A stretch of DNA of 64,000 nt, from the NCBI GenBank assembly GCA_041663425.1, contig JBAYMS010000002.1, forward strand, positions 2,076 to 66,075. Reading direction: 5' to 3'. A program made the translations under genes and the position numbers. Below, in pieces: positions 38,658 through 47,975 of this stretch. How positions within the stretch are numbered: position 1 is the stretch's first letter; each line of letters opens with the position of its first letter. The notes beneath the pieces were generated by a model. It searched no databases and was not told where the DNA came from. It saw nothing but the letters and a program-made list of their open reading frames with translations. The DNA is from Candidatus Omnitrophota bacterium (GTDB lineage: Bacteria; Omnitrophota; Gorgyraeia; 2-01-FULL-45-10).

Positions 38658-40757
38658 ATGGTATTTGATAGGTCAAAATTTATCGGGCAATTTAAAGCGG
38701 AAACGCATGAGCATCTCCAGAACCTGACGAACGGACTTCTGAAGCTTGAAAAAATCCCTTCTGATCAGAAGCTGCTGGAAGCCATGATGCGCGAAGCTCA
38801 TACCATTAAAGGTTCGGCGACTATGATGGGGTATAACCGCATTGCTGACATAGCGCATGGCATGGAAGACGGCCTGGAGAAAGCGCTTAAAGGAAAGGCT
38901 GCGTTAAAGAAGAAGCATTTTGATATTCTGCTTAAATGCGTGGACGCGATAGCGCCTCTTCTTGAGGATAAGATAACCTGGGAAGATAAGGGTGTGGCTA
39001 AACCGTATCCTGATAGTCTTTGTGAGGACATGGCGGCCGCGTTTTCTGAAAAAGACGACGCTGCTGAAAAAGCCGTAGACAAGCAAAAGACCGAGCAGGC
39101 AACGCCTCCAATATTTAAGCTTAGCGAAGAAAGCATGCGGGTAGACATAAATAAGCTCGACAACCTTATGAACCTTGCCGGTGAGCTGACTGTCTCGAAG
39201 GTTCGGCTCAATGAACTTATCAGGAACCTTACAAATAAAGTTGAATCCTGCGTTTCGGATGCAGGCGTGAATACCCTTATTAAGGAATTAAATAAGGCAG
39301 ATGATAATATATCGCTGGTAGCATCCAATATCCAGGACGAGGTAATGAAGGTCAGGATGGTGCCGGTCTCTTATCTGTTTAATCTTTTTCCACGCGCTAT
39401 GAGGGAGTTGTCCAATGAGTCGGGTAAGGATGTTGATATAAGTATAGAGGGTGAAGATACGCATATAGATAAAGCGATCATAGATGAGATGAAAGATCCT
39501 ATTATGCATATACTGAGAAACTCCATCGACCATGGGATAGAATCCTCGGATGAGCGGGTGAATAAAAATAAACCGCGCGAAGGTAAGATAGGGCTTAAAG
39601 CTTATCAGGTGGGTGGCCAGGTAGTGATTGAAGTGTCGGATGACGGTAGGGGTATTGATCCTGCTAAGGTGAAAGAAATAATCGCAGCAAATAAACTTAT
39701 CGATAAAGATAAACTGGACAATATGACAGATGATCAAATATGCCAGCTTATATTTTTACCCGGTTTTACAACTAAGGGTTATGCGACCGAAATATCCGGA
39801 CGGGGGGTCGGACTAGATGTTGTCCGTGATAGGGTGATAAAACTTAAGGGGTCTGTAGAGGTAGCATCATGCCGCGATATCGGAACTAAAGTCATGATGA
39901 AGCTGCCGCTTACGCTCGCTATCACTGAATGTCTTCTTGTCGGCTCCGGAAGCGATAGATTTGCCATGCCTATAGATTCTGTCGTCGAGACGATACGTAT
40001 TGAGCTTGGACAGATAAAAAGCGTAGAGACTCGGGAAGCTATTACGGTCAGGGGCCAGATAATGCCCCTTGTAAGGCTGTCCGATATATTTAATCTTCCT
40101 GCAAAAGGTATTGTGGAGCGTAAATATTCCTCTGTTGTGGTAGTGCAGGTCCTGGAAAAGAGAGCAGCTCTTATGGTGGATGCCCTGTTAGGGCGTCTTG
40201 ATATAGTACGTAAGGCCTTAGGCGACCCTCTTAAAAATATAAAATATATCTCAGGCGCAACTGTTCTTGGAGATGGTAAAGTCGTCCTCATACTTGATAT
40301 TCCATCGATCATCGATTCGTTCGAGTCGGGTGCTGCTGTAAAGCGGCCTTTCGCGCCTCAAAAGAAATCCGAACAGTCTGAAAAGAAGAGACGGAAGACG
40401 ATACTTCTGGCGGAGGATGCTATGACTACAGCGATGCTTGAGAAGAGTATTCTGGAATCATCAGGATTTTCTGTGGTTATAGCAAAGGATGGACAGGAGG
40501 CTATAGAAAAAGCCATGCAGGAAAAATTTGACCTTATAATTACCGACGTGTTAATGCCGCGAATGGACGGGTTTGAGCTAACAGCCGCGCTTCGAAAGGA
40601 GAAAGTTTATAAAGATGCGCCTATTATAATAGTAACTACGCGGGAGAGCGATGCGGATAAGAGGCGCGGACTTGAAGCTGGGGCCGATGCTTATATATTA
40701 AAGAGCGAATTTACTTCAGAAGGTTTGCTGGATACTATCGAAAGACTGATAGGCTGA
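38658..40757 (+). CDS. cheA: CheA histidine kinase with C-terminal receiver domain (CheA-REC hybrid)
   Basis: Hpt (HTIKGSATMMG), dimerisation, HATPase (GRGVGLDVV), CheW-like domain, then REC (TILLAEDAMTTAM...ITDVLMPRMDG); 699 aa. Confidence 0.9.
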   Translation: MVFDRSKFIGQFKAETHEHLQNLTNGLLKLEKIPSDQKLLEAMMREAHTIKGSATMMGYNRIADIAHGMEDGLEKALKGKAALKKKHFDILLKCVDAIAPLLEDKITWEDKGVAKPYPDSLCEDMAAAFSEKDDAAEKAVDKQKTEQATPPIFKLSEESMRVDINKLDNLMNLAGELTVSKVRLNELIRNLTNKVESCVSDAGVNTLIKELNKADDNISLVASNIQDEVMKVRMVPVSYLFNLFPRAMRELSNESGKDVDISIEGEDTHIDKAIIDEMKDPIMHILRNSIDHGIESSDERVNKNKPREGKIGLKAYQVGGQVVIEVSDDGRGIDPAKVKEIIAANKLIDKDKLDNMTDDQICQLIFLPGFTTKGYATEISGRGVGLDVVRDRVIKLKGSVEVASCRDIGTKVMMKLPLTLAITECLLVGSGSDRFAMPIDSVVETIRIELGQIKSVETREAITVRGQIMPLVRLSDIFNLPAKGIVERKYSSVVVVQVLEKRAALMVDALLGRLDIVRKALGDPLKNIKYISGATVLGDGKVVLILDIPSIIDSFESGAAVKRPFAPQKKSEQSEKKRRKTILLAEDAMTTAMLEKSILESSGFSVVIAKDGQEAIEKAMQEKFDLIITDVLMPRMDGFELTAALRKEKVYKDAPIIIVTTRESDADKRRGLEAGADAYILKSEFTSEGLLDTIERLIG

Positions 40758-40779
40758 AAACTTACGAGAGGGGTAGTCT

Positions 40780-41151
40780 ATGGCAAAAAAAGTGCTTTTA
40801 GTAGAGGATAGTCCGTTAGACGCGGCCATGATAAAAGATATGATGTCAGAAGACGGGTTTGAGATGTATGTAGCTAACACAGTAAAAGAAGGATACGAAA
40901 AGGCTGTTCAGGTAAAGCCCGATCTGATATTGTTGGACCTGCTTTTGCCCGATGGTAATGGATTTGACCTGTGCGCGCGCATAAGAAAAGAAAGCGGTCT
41001 TGGCAATAATGTCCTGATAGTTATTGTAAGTATAAAAAGCGACAGGCAGGATATTGAAAAGGCATTTGAGTCTGGTGCTGACGATTATGTAATAAAGCCG
41101 CCCGCGCCCGAATTCCTTCTAAAAAAAATAAGACTATACATGCATCCGTAA
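40780..41151 (+). CDS. cheY: CheY-like single-domain response regulator
   Basis: 123 aa REC (KVLLVEDSP...LILLDLLLPDGNG). Confidence 0.8.
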   Translation: MAKKVLLVEDSPLDAAMIKDMMSEDGFEMYVANTVKEGYEKAVQVKPDLILLDLLLPDGNGFDLCARIRKESGLGNNVLIVIVSIKSDRQDIEKAFESGADDYVIKPPAPEFLLKKIRLYMHP

Positions 41152-41160
41152 CGGAGAGAA

Positions 41161-42168
41161 ATGGGATCAGAAAAGATACGTGTTTTGATAGTTGATGATT
41201 CAGCTCTTATGAGGGAGGCCCTTCGTGTCATACTTGAAGAAGATCCTTCTGTAGAAGTTATAGGCATAGCAAAAGATGGGCGGGAAGGCGTAGAGAAAGC
41301 ACTCGCCCTAAAACCAAACGTTATTACCATGGATCTTAAAATGCCGGTAATGACGGGTCTTGAGGCTATTGAGAAGATAATGGAAGAGATGCCTATTCCT
41401 ATTGTAGTAGTGAGCAGCATGGATACGAGCGTTGTTGTGAAAGCACTTTCTATAGGTGCGATGGATTTTGTAGCTGTAAGCAATGATATAGATACTATTG
41501 CTAAAGAGCTTATAGATAAAGTAAAAATAGCGTCGAGAGTTAAGGCTATCAGGCGTTTTAAAGTTAAGCCGTATCGCGCAACATCAGAGCGTATTACGCG
41601 GGGTAAAGTGTCGAAGATAATAGTTGTGGGAGTGTCGACAGGCGGTCCGCAGGCGCTTCAGGAGATGCTTTCTAAGATTCCGGAAGATTTCTGTGCCGGG
41701 ATCCTGATAGTCCAGCATATGTCCAAAGGGTTCATAGAGGGTCTTGCCGAATGGCTCAACGCATCTTCCTCTCTGGATGTGAGAGTAGCGAAAGCAGGTG
41801 ACGAACTGAAACAGGGTTTAGCGCTCCTGGCTCCGGATGATTATAATATGTGCATAGGCAGAGATGGCGTAATAGTATTGAAAGAAAATATGCTGAAAAC
41901 GGCGACGCATATTCCTTCAATAGATGCTACCATGAAGTCTGCGGCAGAAAGTTATAGAGAAAATGCTGTCGGTGTTATCATGACGGGCATGGGCCGTGAT
42001 GGAGTAGATGGGATCAGGGCCATTAAAGGAGCTGGAGGCACGACTATAGCGCAGGATCAAAATTCATCAGTGATATTCGGCATGAATAAAATGGCTATAG
42101 AAACAGGATGTGTGGACCGCATTGTCTCTATTTCCGAGATGGCAAAGGTGATAGCGGGGGTTGTGTGA
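41161..42168 (+). CDS. cheB: Chemotaxis methylesterase CheB (REC + CheB_methylest)
   Basis: 335 aa; IRVLIVDDSALMR REC; catalytic domain GVSTGGPQAL...ILIVQHM...GMGRDG. Confidence 0.9.
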   Translation: MGSEKIRVLIVDDSALMREALRVILEEDPSVEVIGIAKDGREGVEKALALKPNVITMDLKMPVMTGLEAIEKIMEEMPIPIVVVSSMDTSVVVKALSIGAMDFVAVSNDIDTIAKELIDKVKIASRVKAIRRFKVKPYRATSERITRGKVSKIIVVGVSTGGPQALQEMLSKIPEDFCAGILIVQHMSKGFIEGLAEWLNASSSLDVRVAKAGDELKQGLALLAPDDYNMCIGRDGVIVLKENMLKTATHIPSIDATMKSAAESYRENAVGVIMTGMGRDGVDGIRAIKGAGGTTIAQDQNSSVIFGMNKMAIETGCVDRIVSISEMAKVIAGVV

Positions 42169-42193
42169 AAGGCCGCAAAAATAAAGGTATAAT

Positions 42194-45100
42194 ATGATAG
42201 CTGTTTATTTCGCTTATGGTTTAGCTTTTATATTGATGGGCATAATAATAGCGTTTATGCCGAAGCGAAGCGATTTCCTCGATCTCGGTGATCATCTTTG
42301 GCTCGTCGCAGCCTTTGGTTTTATCCATGGCACGAACGAATGGATAGAGATGTTCATTTTAATGGGCATGCCTTTTGATATAAACACCCTTAAGCTTTTA
42401 AATAATGTTTCCCTGCCGATATCGTATCTCTTCTTAGTATTGTTTGGAAGCATAATCCTATGCCGTGAAAAATCCAAATTTTGTATCTTGCGGTATGCCT
42501 GGGCCGTTTCTATCTTATGCTGGTCTCTAACCTATGTTTTCAGCAAGGATTTTCTGATAGCAGGAATAGCCGCGCGATATTTTATATGCGTTCCAGGCAC
42601 CTTAATGAGTGCGATAGCTATATTTGTGTGTGCCAGAAGAATCGAAAAAGATAACGATGCTCCCAATACAGTATTCTATGGCGCTGTTTTAGCTGTCATG
42701 GGTTTCGTTTTGTACGGTATCTTGAGCGGTATGGTTGTTCCGGACGCGAAGTTTTTACCCGCCTGCTATATTAATTACTCAAATTTTTTACGTGTTTTCG
42801 GGCTTCCGGTTCAGGTTCTCAGGATGTTTGTAGCCATGATAATATCTATCGGCGTTTTCGGGATGGCGGGCCTGTTTTCCAGAAGCGGCAAAATCATTAA
42901 ATTCAGGGGAGGTATAAGGCGGAAGATATCTCTGATGGTTTCCGGCACAGCCTTGTTTTTAATGACAATAGGTATTGCGGTCGGGTATTCAGGCAGTATC
43001 GGGCTATTTCGTGAAACGGTAGTACGGACGCAGGGGGATATAGCTGGCCTTGCGGCTATTGCGACATCTGAACTTCTAAATAAGGAAATAAAACAGGTAG
43101 AAGGGGCCAATACCCGGCCATTATGGATACGCGCCATCGCTAAAGAAAATGAAAAATATTCCGGTATTAAGAGTGAAGCGATTGAAAGCTACATGATGGA
43201 CATGGACAAAAAATGGATTCCGGCGGCGAAAGACGATTCCCTGATAACGAAATATACGGATAATGAAGTTGGAAATGCTATGAAGTCCGTTGTATCTGAA
43301 AGTACTAATACAAAAGAGGTTTTTATTACAGATATGTTCGGAGGTCTTGTTGCCGCCTCTGATAAAACCTCTGATTTTTATCAGGCAGATGAGACCTGGT
43401 GGCAAAAAACATTTAATAATGGTATCGGGCAGTTCTATATAAGTAGTCCAGAACTTGACGAATCCACCGGTAGTTTGTCTGTAAGTTTTAATACGCCAAT
43501 GAGGAATGCTTCCGGAGAGGTGATAGGTGTATGTAAATTTGTAGAGGACTTAAGCGCGTTCTTTTCCCCTATAGGTAGTTTTAAAATAGGGCGTACCGGC
43601 CAGATTGCGCTGGTCGATGATAAAGGCAGGATAATTTTTTATGCTGATGCAAAACCGCTCAGCTTAATGATATGTTCTGAGGCTGATGTGAAGAAATTAT
43701 TTTTGGCCGGGAAGCGCCACATTGTCTCGAGCACAACGCCGTTTGTTAAAGGCAGCGCATTCCTTGTCTACGCCAATGTTACACATCCCCTTCTTTCAAA
43801 GATAGGGATCGACTGGAAGCTGGTAGTCGTGCAGGATGCTGAAGAGGTCTTTGCGCCTGTCTTTGTCCTTGTTTTTCAAGCCATCGTGGTATTACTGGTT
43901 TTGTTGTGTTTGATATTTCCATTGGGCTATATTCTGGGTAAAAGGTTTGTCCGTCCAATAGCAGAGCTTCGTAAGGGGACAGAGATTATAGCTAAAGGTA
44001 ACCTTGACTATCGGGCAGATGTAAAGAGTAGTGATGAGATAGGTGAACTTGCTGACTCATTTAATTTCATGGCGGCAAATCTTAAAAAGATCACAGCTTC
44101 GCGCGATGAGCTTAACAGGGAAATTGCTGAGAGGCAGAGGGTTGAAGAAGAAGTAGAAAAACTGGCTATGATAGTAAAGACTGCCGAGGATGCTATATAT
44201 AGCACAGTTGACGGAATAGTGGTTGCGTGGAACCGCGGAGCTGAAAAAATATATGGTTATTCAGAATCCGAGATCAAGGGTAAGCACGTTTCTATACTTG
44301 CCCCCGCCGGTAGAAAATATGAGGTTTCTGACGCTCTAGAAAGGATTAAAAGGGGAGAGCGAGTTGAGCGTTTCGAGACGATTCGTATAAGAAAAGACGG
44401 ACGTCCTATATATGTATCTCTCAGCGTTTCTCCATTTTATGATAAAAATGGTAAGGTAGTAGGCGCTTCATCTATCGCAAGCGATATTACCCGCCAGAAA
44501 AAGATCGAAGAAGCGCTGAAGGCGAGCGAGGTAAAATATAAAGTTATCTATGATTCATCCGCCGATGCTATTATGACGCTTACTAAAAATGGACGGTTTT
44601 TTTCTGCAAATCCTTCCGCGGTTAAGATGTTCGGATGCAGGGATGAAGCAGAGCTGGTTAATAATGACGTCTCCGGGTTTTCGCCGGAATACCAACCTGA
44701 CGGCACAAGGTCGGATCAAAAGTCCGAGGAGATGGTAAGGGCTGCTATTGACAAAGGGTCTAATTCTTTTGAGTGGACGCACCGACGTATGGACGGGACT
44801 ATTTTTTACGCCACGGTGCTATTGACCAAGATGGAATTGCAGGGCGCTGAAATGCTGCAGGCCACCGTCAGGGATATTACGGAAAAGAAAAAGATAGAAG
44901 AGGCTTTGCGGACAAGCGAGGAAAATTACCGTACTCTTGTGGAAAATGTCAATCTCGGAGTTTTCAGGGCCACCGGTGGTGCCCATGGACGTTTTATCAG
45001 AGCAAATTTTGCCGTGGCCAAATTGCTTGGTTATGATTCACTGGAGGAGCTTTCTACAATACCGGTATCTTCCCATTATGCCAATCCGGTGGAAAGGGCG

Positions 45101-46345
45101 CTTTTTGTAAAAGACCTGTCTGTAGAAAAATCTATAAAGGGCCGGGAAATTGTTCTTAAACGAAAAGATGGGTCAACTTTCTGGGTGTCTGTGAATGCCG
45201 TTGCTCATTTTGACGCAAATGGCAATATTGAATGGATAGACACTATCGTCGAAGACATTACTGAGCGCAAACATGCTCAGGAGCAGCTTAAGGATGCAGC
45301 TGAAGAATGGCAGAGAACGTTTGACTCTATGTCGGATGTTATTTTTATCATGGATACGAATTCTACGATAATAAAGGTGAATAAGACCTTCACTGAGAAG
45401 TTTGGTGAAAAGCTCGGCAATGTTATCGGTAAGAAATGTTATGAAGTTATGCATAAGGGATCTGCTCATTGGCCTTCATGTCCTTTGGCGGCGACGCAAA
45501 GTACCGGAAAATCGAAAACAGAAGAGGTTGATGATCCGAATATCGGCATACCTCTTTTAGTTACAACATCACCTCTTCTTGACGCAAAAGGTAAGATGAC
45601 AGGAGTCGTGCATGTGGCCAAGGACATAACAGAACTCAAGAAGGCCGAAAAAGAAATAGCTGCGGCGATGGACATGAAAGAGCAGTTTATCTCAATAGCT
45701 TCTCACGAATTACGCGCACCGATGGCTATTATAAAAGAGAGTGTAGAGATTATAAATGATGAGTTGGCGGGTAAAGTCGCCGCACCCATAAGGAAGATAA
45801 TCGATGTTGCGAAGCGGAATGTTGAAAGGCTGGTGCGACTTAGCAATGATATACTTGATCTTCAGAAATTAGAAGCAGGCAAAGTTGACTTCGATATGCA
45901 GGTGCAGGATATCAACGAAGTTATAAAGGAAGTCGCGGCAGGCGTGTCAGTATTGATCAAAGATAAAGGGCTGGAATTTTCCTTATCTCTTTCTGATGAT
46001 ATCCCGGCTATCAAATTTGACAAAGATAAGATCGTGCAGGTGCTTACGAATCTTATTAACAATGCATTGAAATTTACTGATAGAGGCGGGATTAAAATTA
46101 CCAGTGCCAGAGAAGCAGGCGGTGTCGTAGTAAGTATAATTGATACAGGTCCCGGTATAAAAAAAGAGGACATGGCTAAGCTTTTCCAGAAATTTCAGCA
46201 GGTGGGCTCAGCAAGCGAGAGGAAGGGTGGAACGGGCTTGGGGCTCGCTATCTGTAAAGAAATAATTGAGCGTCATAATGGAAGGATTTGGACCGAATCT
46301 GAGCTAGGGGCATGGACAAAGTTCAGCTTTTTCCTACCATCCTAA
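42194..46345 (+). CDS. Large membrane-anchored multi-PAS sensor histidine kinase (polytopic N-domain, Cache-like, HAMP, 4-5 PAS, HisKA, HATPase)
   Basis: 1383 aa; about 6 N-terminal TM helices; periplasmic Cache-like module; HAMP; repeated PAS modules; HisKA H-box SIASHELRAPM; HATPase GGTGLGLAICKEI. Confidence 0.85.
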   Translation: MIAVYFAYGLAFILMGIIIAFMPKRSDFLDLGDHLWLVAAFGFIHGTNEWIEMFILMGMPFDINTLKLLNNVSLPISYLFLVLFGSIILCREKSKFCILRYAWAVSILCWSLTYVFSKDFLIAGIAARYFICVPGTLMSAIAIFVCARRIEKDNDAPNTVFYGAVLAVMGFVLYGILSGMVVPDAKFLPACYINYSNFLRVFGLPVQVLRMFVAMIISIGVFGMAGLFSRSGKIIKFRGGIRRKISLMVSGTALFLMTIGIAVGYSGSIGLFRETVVRTQGDIAGLAAIATSELLNKEIKQVEGANTRPLWIRAIAKENEKYSGIKSEAIESYMMDMDKKWIPAAKDDSLITKYTDNEVGNAMKSVVSESTNTKEVFITDMFGGLVAASDKTSDFYQADETWWQKTFNNGIGQFYISSPELDESTGSLSVSFNTPMRNASGEVIGVCKFVEDLSAFFSPIGSFKIGRTGQIALVDDKGRIIFYADAKPLSLMICSEADVKKLFLAGKRHIVSSTTPFVKGSAFLVYANVTHPLLSKIGIDWKLVVVQDAEEVFAPVFVLVFQAIVVLLVLLCLIFPLGYILGKRFVRPIAELRKGTEIIAKGNLDYRADVKSSDEIGELADSFNFMAANLKKITASRDELNREIAERQRVEEEVEKLAMIVKTAEDAIYSTVDGIVVAWNRGAEKIYGYSESEIKGKHVSILAPAGRKYEVSDALERIKRGERVERFETIRIRKDGRPIYVSLSVSPFYDKNGKVVGASSIASDITRQKKIEEALKASEVKYKVIYDSSADAIMTLTKNGRFFSANPSAVKMFGCRDEAELVNNDVSGFSPEYQPDGTRSDQKSEEMVRAAIDKGSNSFEWTHRRMDGTIFYATVLLTKMELQGAEMLQATVRDITEKKKIEEALRTSEENYRTLVENVNLGVFRATGGAHGRFIRANFAVAKLLGYDSLEELSTIPVSSHYANPVERALFVKDLSVEKSIKGREIVLKRKDGSTFWVSVNAVAHFDANGNIEWIDTIVEDITERKHAQEQLKDAAEEWQRTFDSMSDVIFIMDTNSTIIKVNKTFTEKFGEKLGNVIGKKCYEVMHKGSAHWPSCPLAATQSTGKSKTEEVDDPNIGIPLLVTTSPLLDAKGKMTGVVHVAKDITELKKAEKEIAAAMDMKEQFISIASHELRAPMAIIKESVEIINDELAGKVAAPIRKIIDVAKRNVERLVRLSNDILDLQKLEAGKVDFDMQVQDINEVIKEVAAGVSVLIKDKGLEFSLSLSDDIPAIKFDKDKIVQVLTNLINNALKFTDRGGIKITSAREAGGVVVSIIDTGPGIKKEDMAKLFQKFQQVGSASERKGGTGLGLAICKEIIERHNGRIWTESELGAWTKFSFFLPS

Positions 46346-46373
46346 TATACATATATATATTATATGTAATATT

Positions 46374-46402
46374 TTGACTAACTATATGTTATAGGGTATA
46401 CT
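46374..46402 (+). promoter_or_regulatory. Putative sigma70 promoter (TTGACT-17-TATACT) for the orphan HK core
   Basis: TTGACT 46374-46379, TATACT 46397-46402, ATG at 46411. Confidence 0.35.
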
Positions 46403-46410
46403 TAACACTA

Positions 46411-47181
46411 ATGGTCTTATTAAAAAAACTTTTTATGAGCCTATGGGCAAAAGGAAACACTAAAAGCTGTAAGCCTGAAGAAGTCGACAGGCTTAAGAAG
46501 GAATTTTTGTCTTTGGCCTCTCACGAGCTTAGGACCCCCCTGGCGACTATAAAGAACGCTGTATCGCTCATCTCCGACGAGTCCAGCGGTCCTCTGAATG
46601 AAACTCAGCGTAAATTCCTGACTATAACCAACCGCAATGTTGATAAGTTAGCTATTATTATAAATGATTTCTTTCTATTGTCAGACCTTGAATCCGGCTG
46701 TGTGGAATTATTGAGATCCGAAATAGACCTTAACGAAACGATAGAAAATGCTATTGATGTATTCTCAGATCTGGCAAAGTCTAACGATGTAGCTATATAT
46801 TTTGAACCTGACAGGACTATCAAACGTCTCATTGCGGATCGCCAGAAGATAATGCATGTCCTTACAAATCTCATTTCTAACGCTATAAAGTTCAGCCGTA
46901 ATGGCGGAACGGTTACGATTACCATTTCATGGCATAATACAGATAAAAATTTCATTGAGGTAAAGATAAAAGATACAGGTATAGGTATAGATAGAAAAGA
47001 CTTTGATAAGCTTTTCCATAGCTTCCAACAGATCGACAGCACTCTGACTAGAAGATTTACAGGCAGCGGGCTGGGCCTGGCGATATGTAAGCGCATAATA
47101 GAGCTGCACAGAGGCAAGATATGGGTTGAATCTGAGTCGGGCAAAGGGAGTGTGTTTAATTTTATTCTGCCTATAAAATAA
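46411..47181 (+). CDS. Sensor-less histidine kinase core (HisKA + HATPase_c only)
   Basis: 256 aa; H-box SLASHELRTPL; G-boxes GSGLGLAICKRI; no TM or sensor domain. Confidence 0.75.
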   Translation: MVLLKKLFMSLWAKGNTKSCKPEEVDRLKKEFLSLASHELRTPLATIKNAVSLISDESSGPLNETQRKFLTITNRNVDKLAIIINDFFLLSDLESGCVELLRSEIDLNETIENAIDVFSDLAKSNDVAIYFEPDRTIKRLIADRQKIMHVLTNLISNAIKFSRNGGTVTITISWHNTDKNFIEVKIKDTGIGIDRKDFDKLFHSFQQIDSTLTRRFTGSGLGLAICKRIIELHRGKIWVESESGKGSVFNFILPIK

Positions 47182-47585
47182 TGAAAGGTTTTATGGAAAC
47201 TATCACTATTCTGCTTGTGGATGATGAACCGGATTTTCTCGAGATCATGAGCGCTGTTATAAGAGGATGGAGTTATAATGTTATTACAGCTTCGGGAGGG
47301 GCGGAAGCTATCGGAATAATGAAGGTTAAAAAGCCTGATATAGTTATACTCGATTATATAATGCCTGATATGGATGGTATAGCGGTGCTTAAAGAGATGC
47401 GTAAGACGGATAAGAATACGCCCGTTATAATGTTCACTGCGCACCCTAATATGAAGGTAATAAAAGGAACGGAAAAATTGAGCATAAGCGCTTTCATACC
47501 TAAGCTGAGCACTTATTCTGATGTTTCATCGTCGCTGAGATCTACGATAGAAATGATCATTAAAAGCTTGCATAAGAAGGAGTAA
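47181..47585 (+). CDS. Single-domain response regulator (REC only)
   Basis: 134 aa; ILLVDDEPD...IVILDYIMPDMDG. Confidence 0.75.
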   Translation: MKGFMETITILLVDDEPDFLEIMSAVIRGWSYNVITASGGAEAIGIMKVKKPDIVILDYIMPDMDGIAVLKEMRKTDKNTPVIMFTAHPNMKVIKGTEKLSISAFIPKLSTYSDVSSSLRSTIEMIIKSLHKKE

Positions 47586-47591
47586 TTCTTA

Positions 47592-47969
47592 ATGGAAAAG
47601 AAGAAAATACTTTTAGTTGATGACGAGCGGGATCTTGTTGAGACGATGATCTATCAGCTGGAAGCATTCGGATATCAGGTTATCACGGCTTATGATGGGG
47701 CTGAGGGTCTGGAGAAGGCTAAGACGGAAAAGCCGGATCTTATCATTCTCGACCTTATGCTTCCTAAAATGGATGGATATAAAGTCTGCGGCCTTTTAAA
47801 AAAAGACACCAGGTATTCAAGGATCCCGGTGATACTTTTCACTGCCAGGGCTCAGGAATCGGACATGAAATTGGGCGAAGAGGTTGGTGCTGATGCATAT
47901 ATAGTTAAGCCTTTTGAATCTAAAATGCTGCTTAGTAAGATCGAAAGCCTTTTGAAATCAGGGAGTTAA
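47592..47969 (+). CDS. Single-domain response regulator (REC only)
   Basis: 125 aa; ILLVDDERD...LIILDLMLPKMDG...TAR. Confidence 0.8.
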   Translation: MEKKKILLVDDERDLVETMIYQLEAFGYQVITAYDGAEGLEKAKTEKPDLIILDLMLPKMDGYKVCGLLKKDTRYSRIPVILFTARAQESDMKLGEEVGADAYIVKPFESKMLLSKIESLLKSGS

Positions 47970-47975
47970 ATAGCG

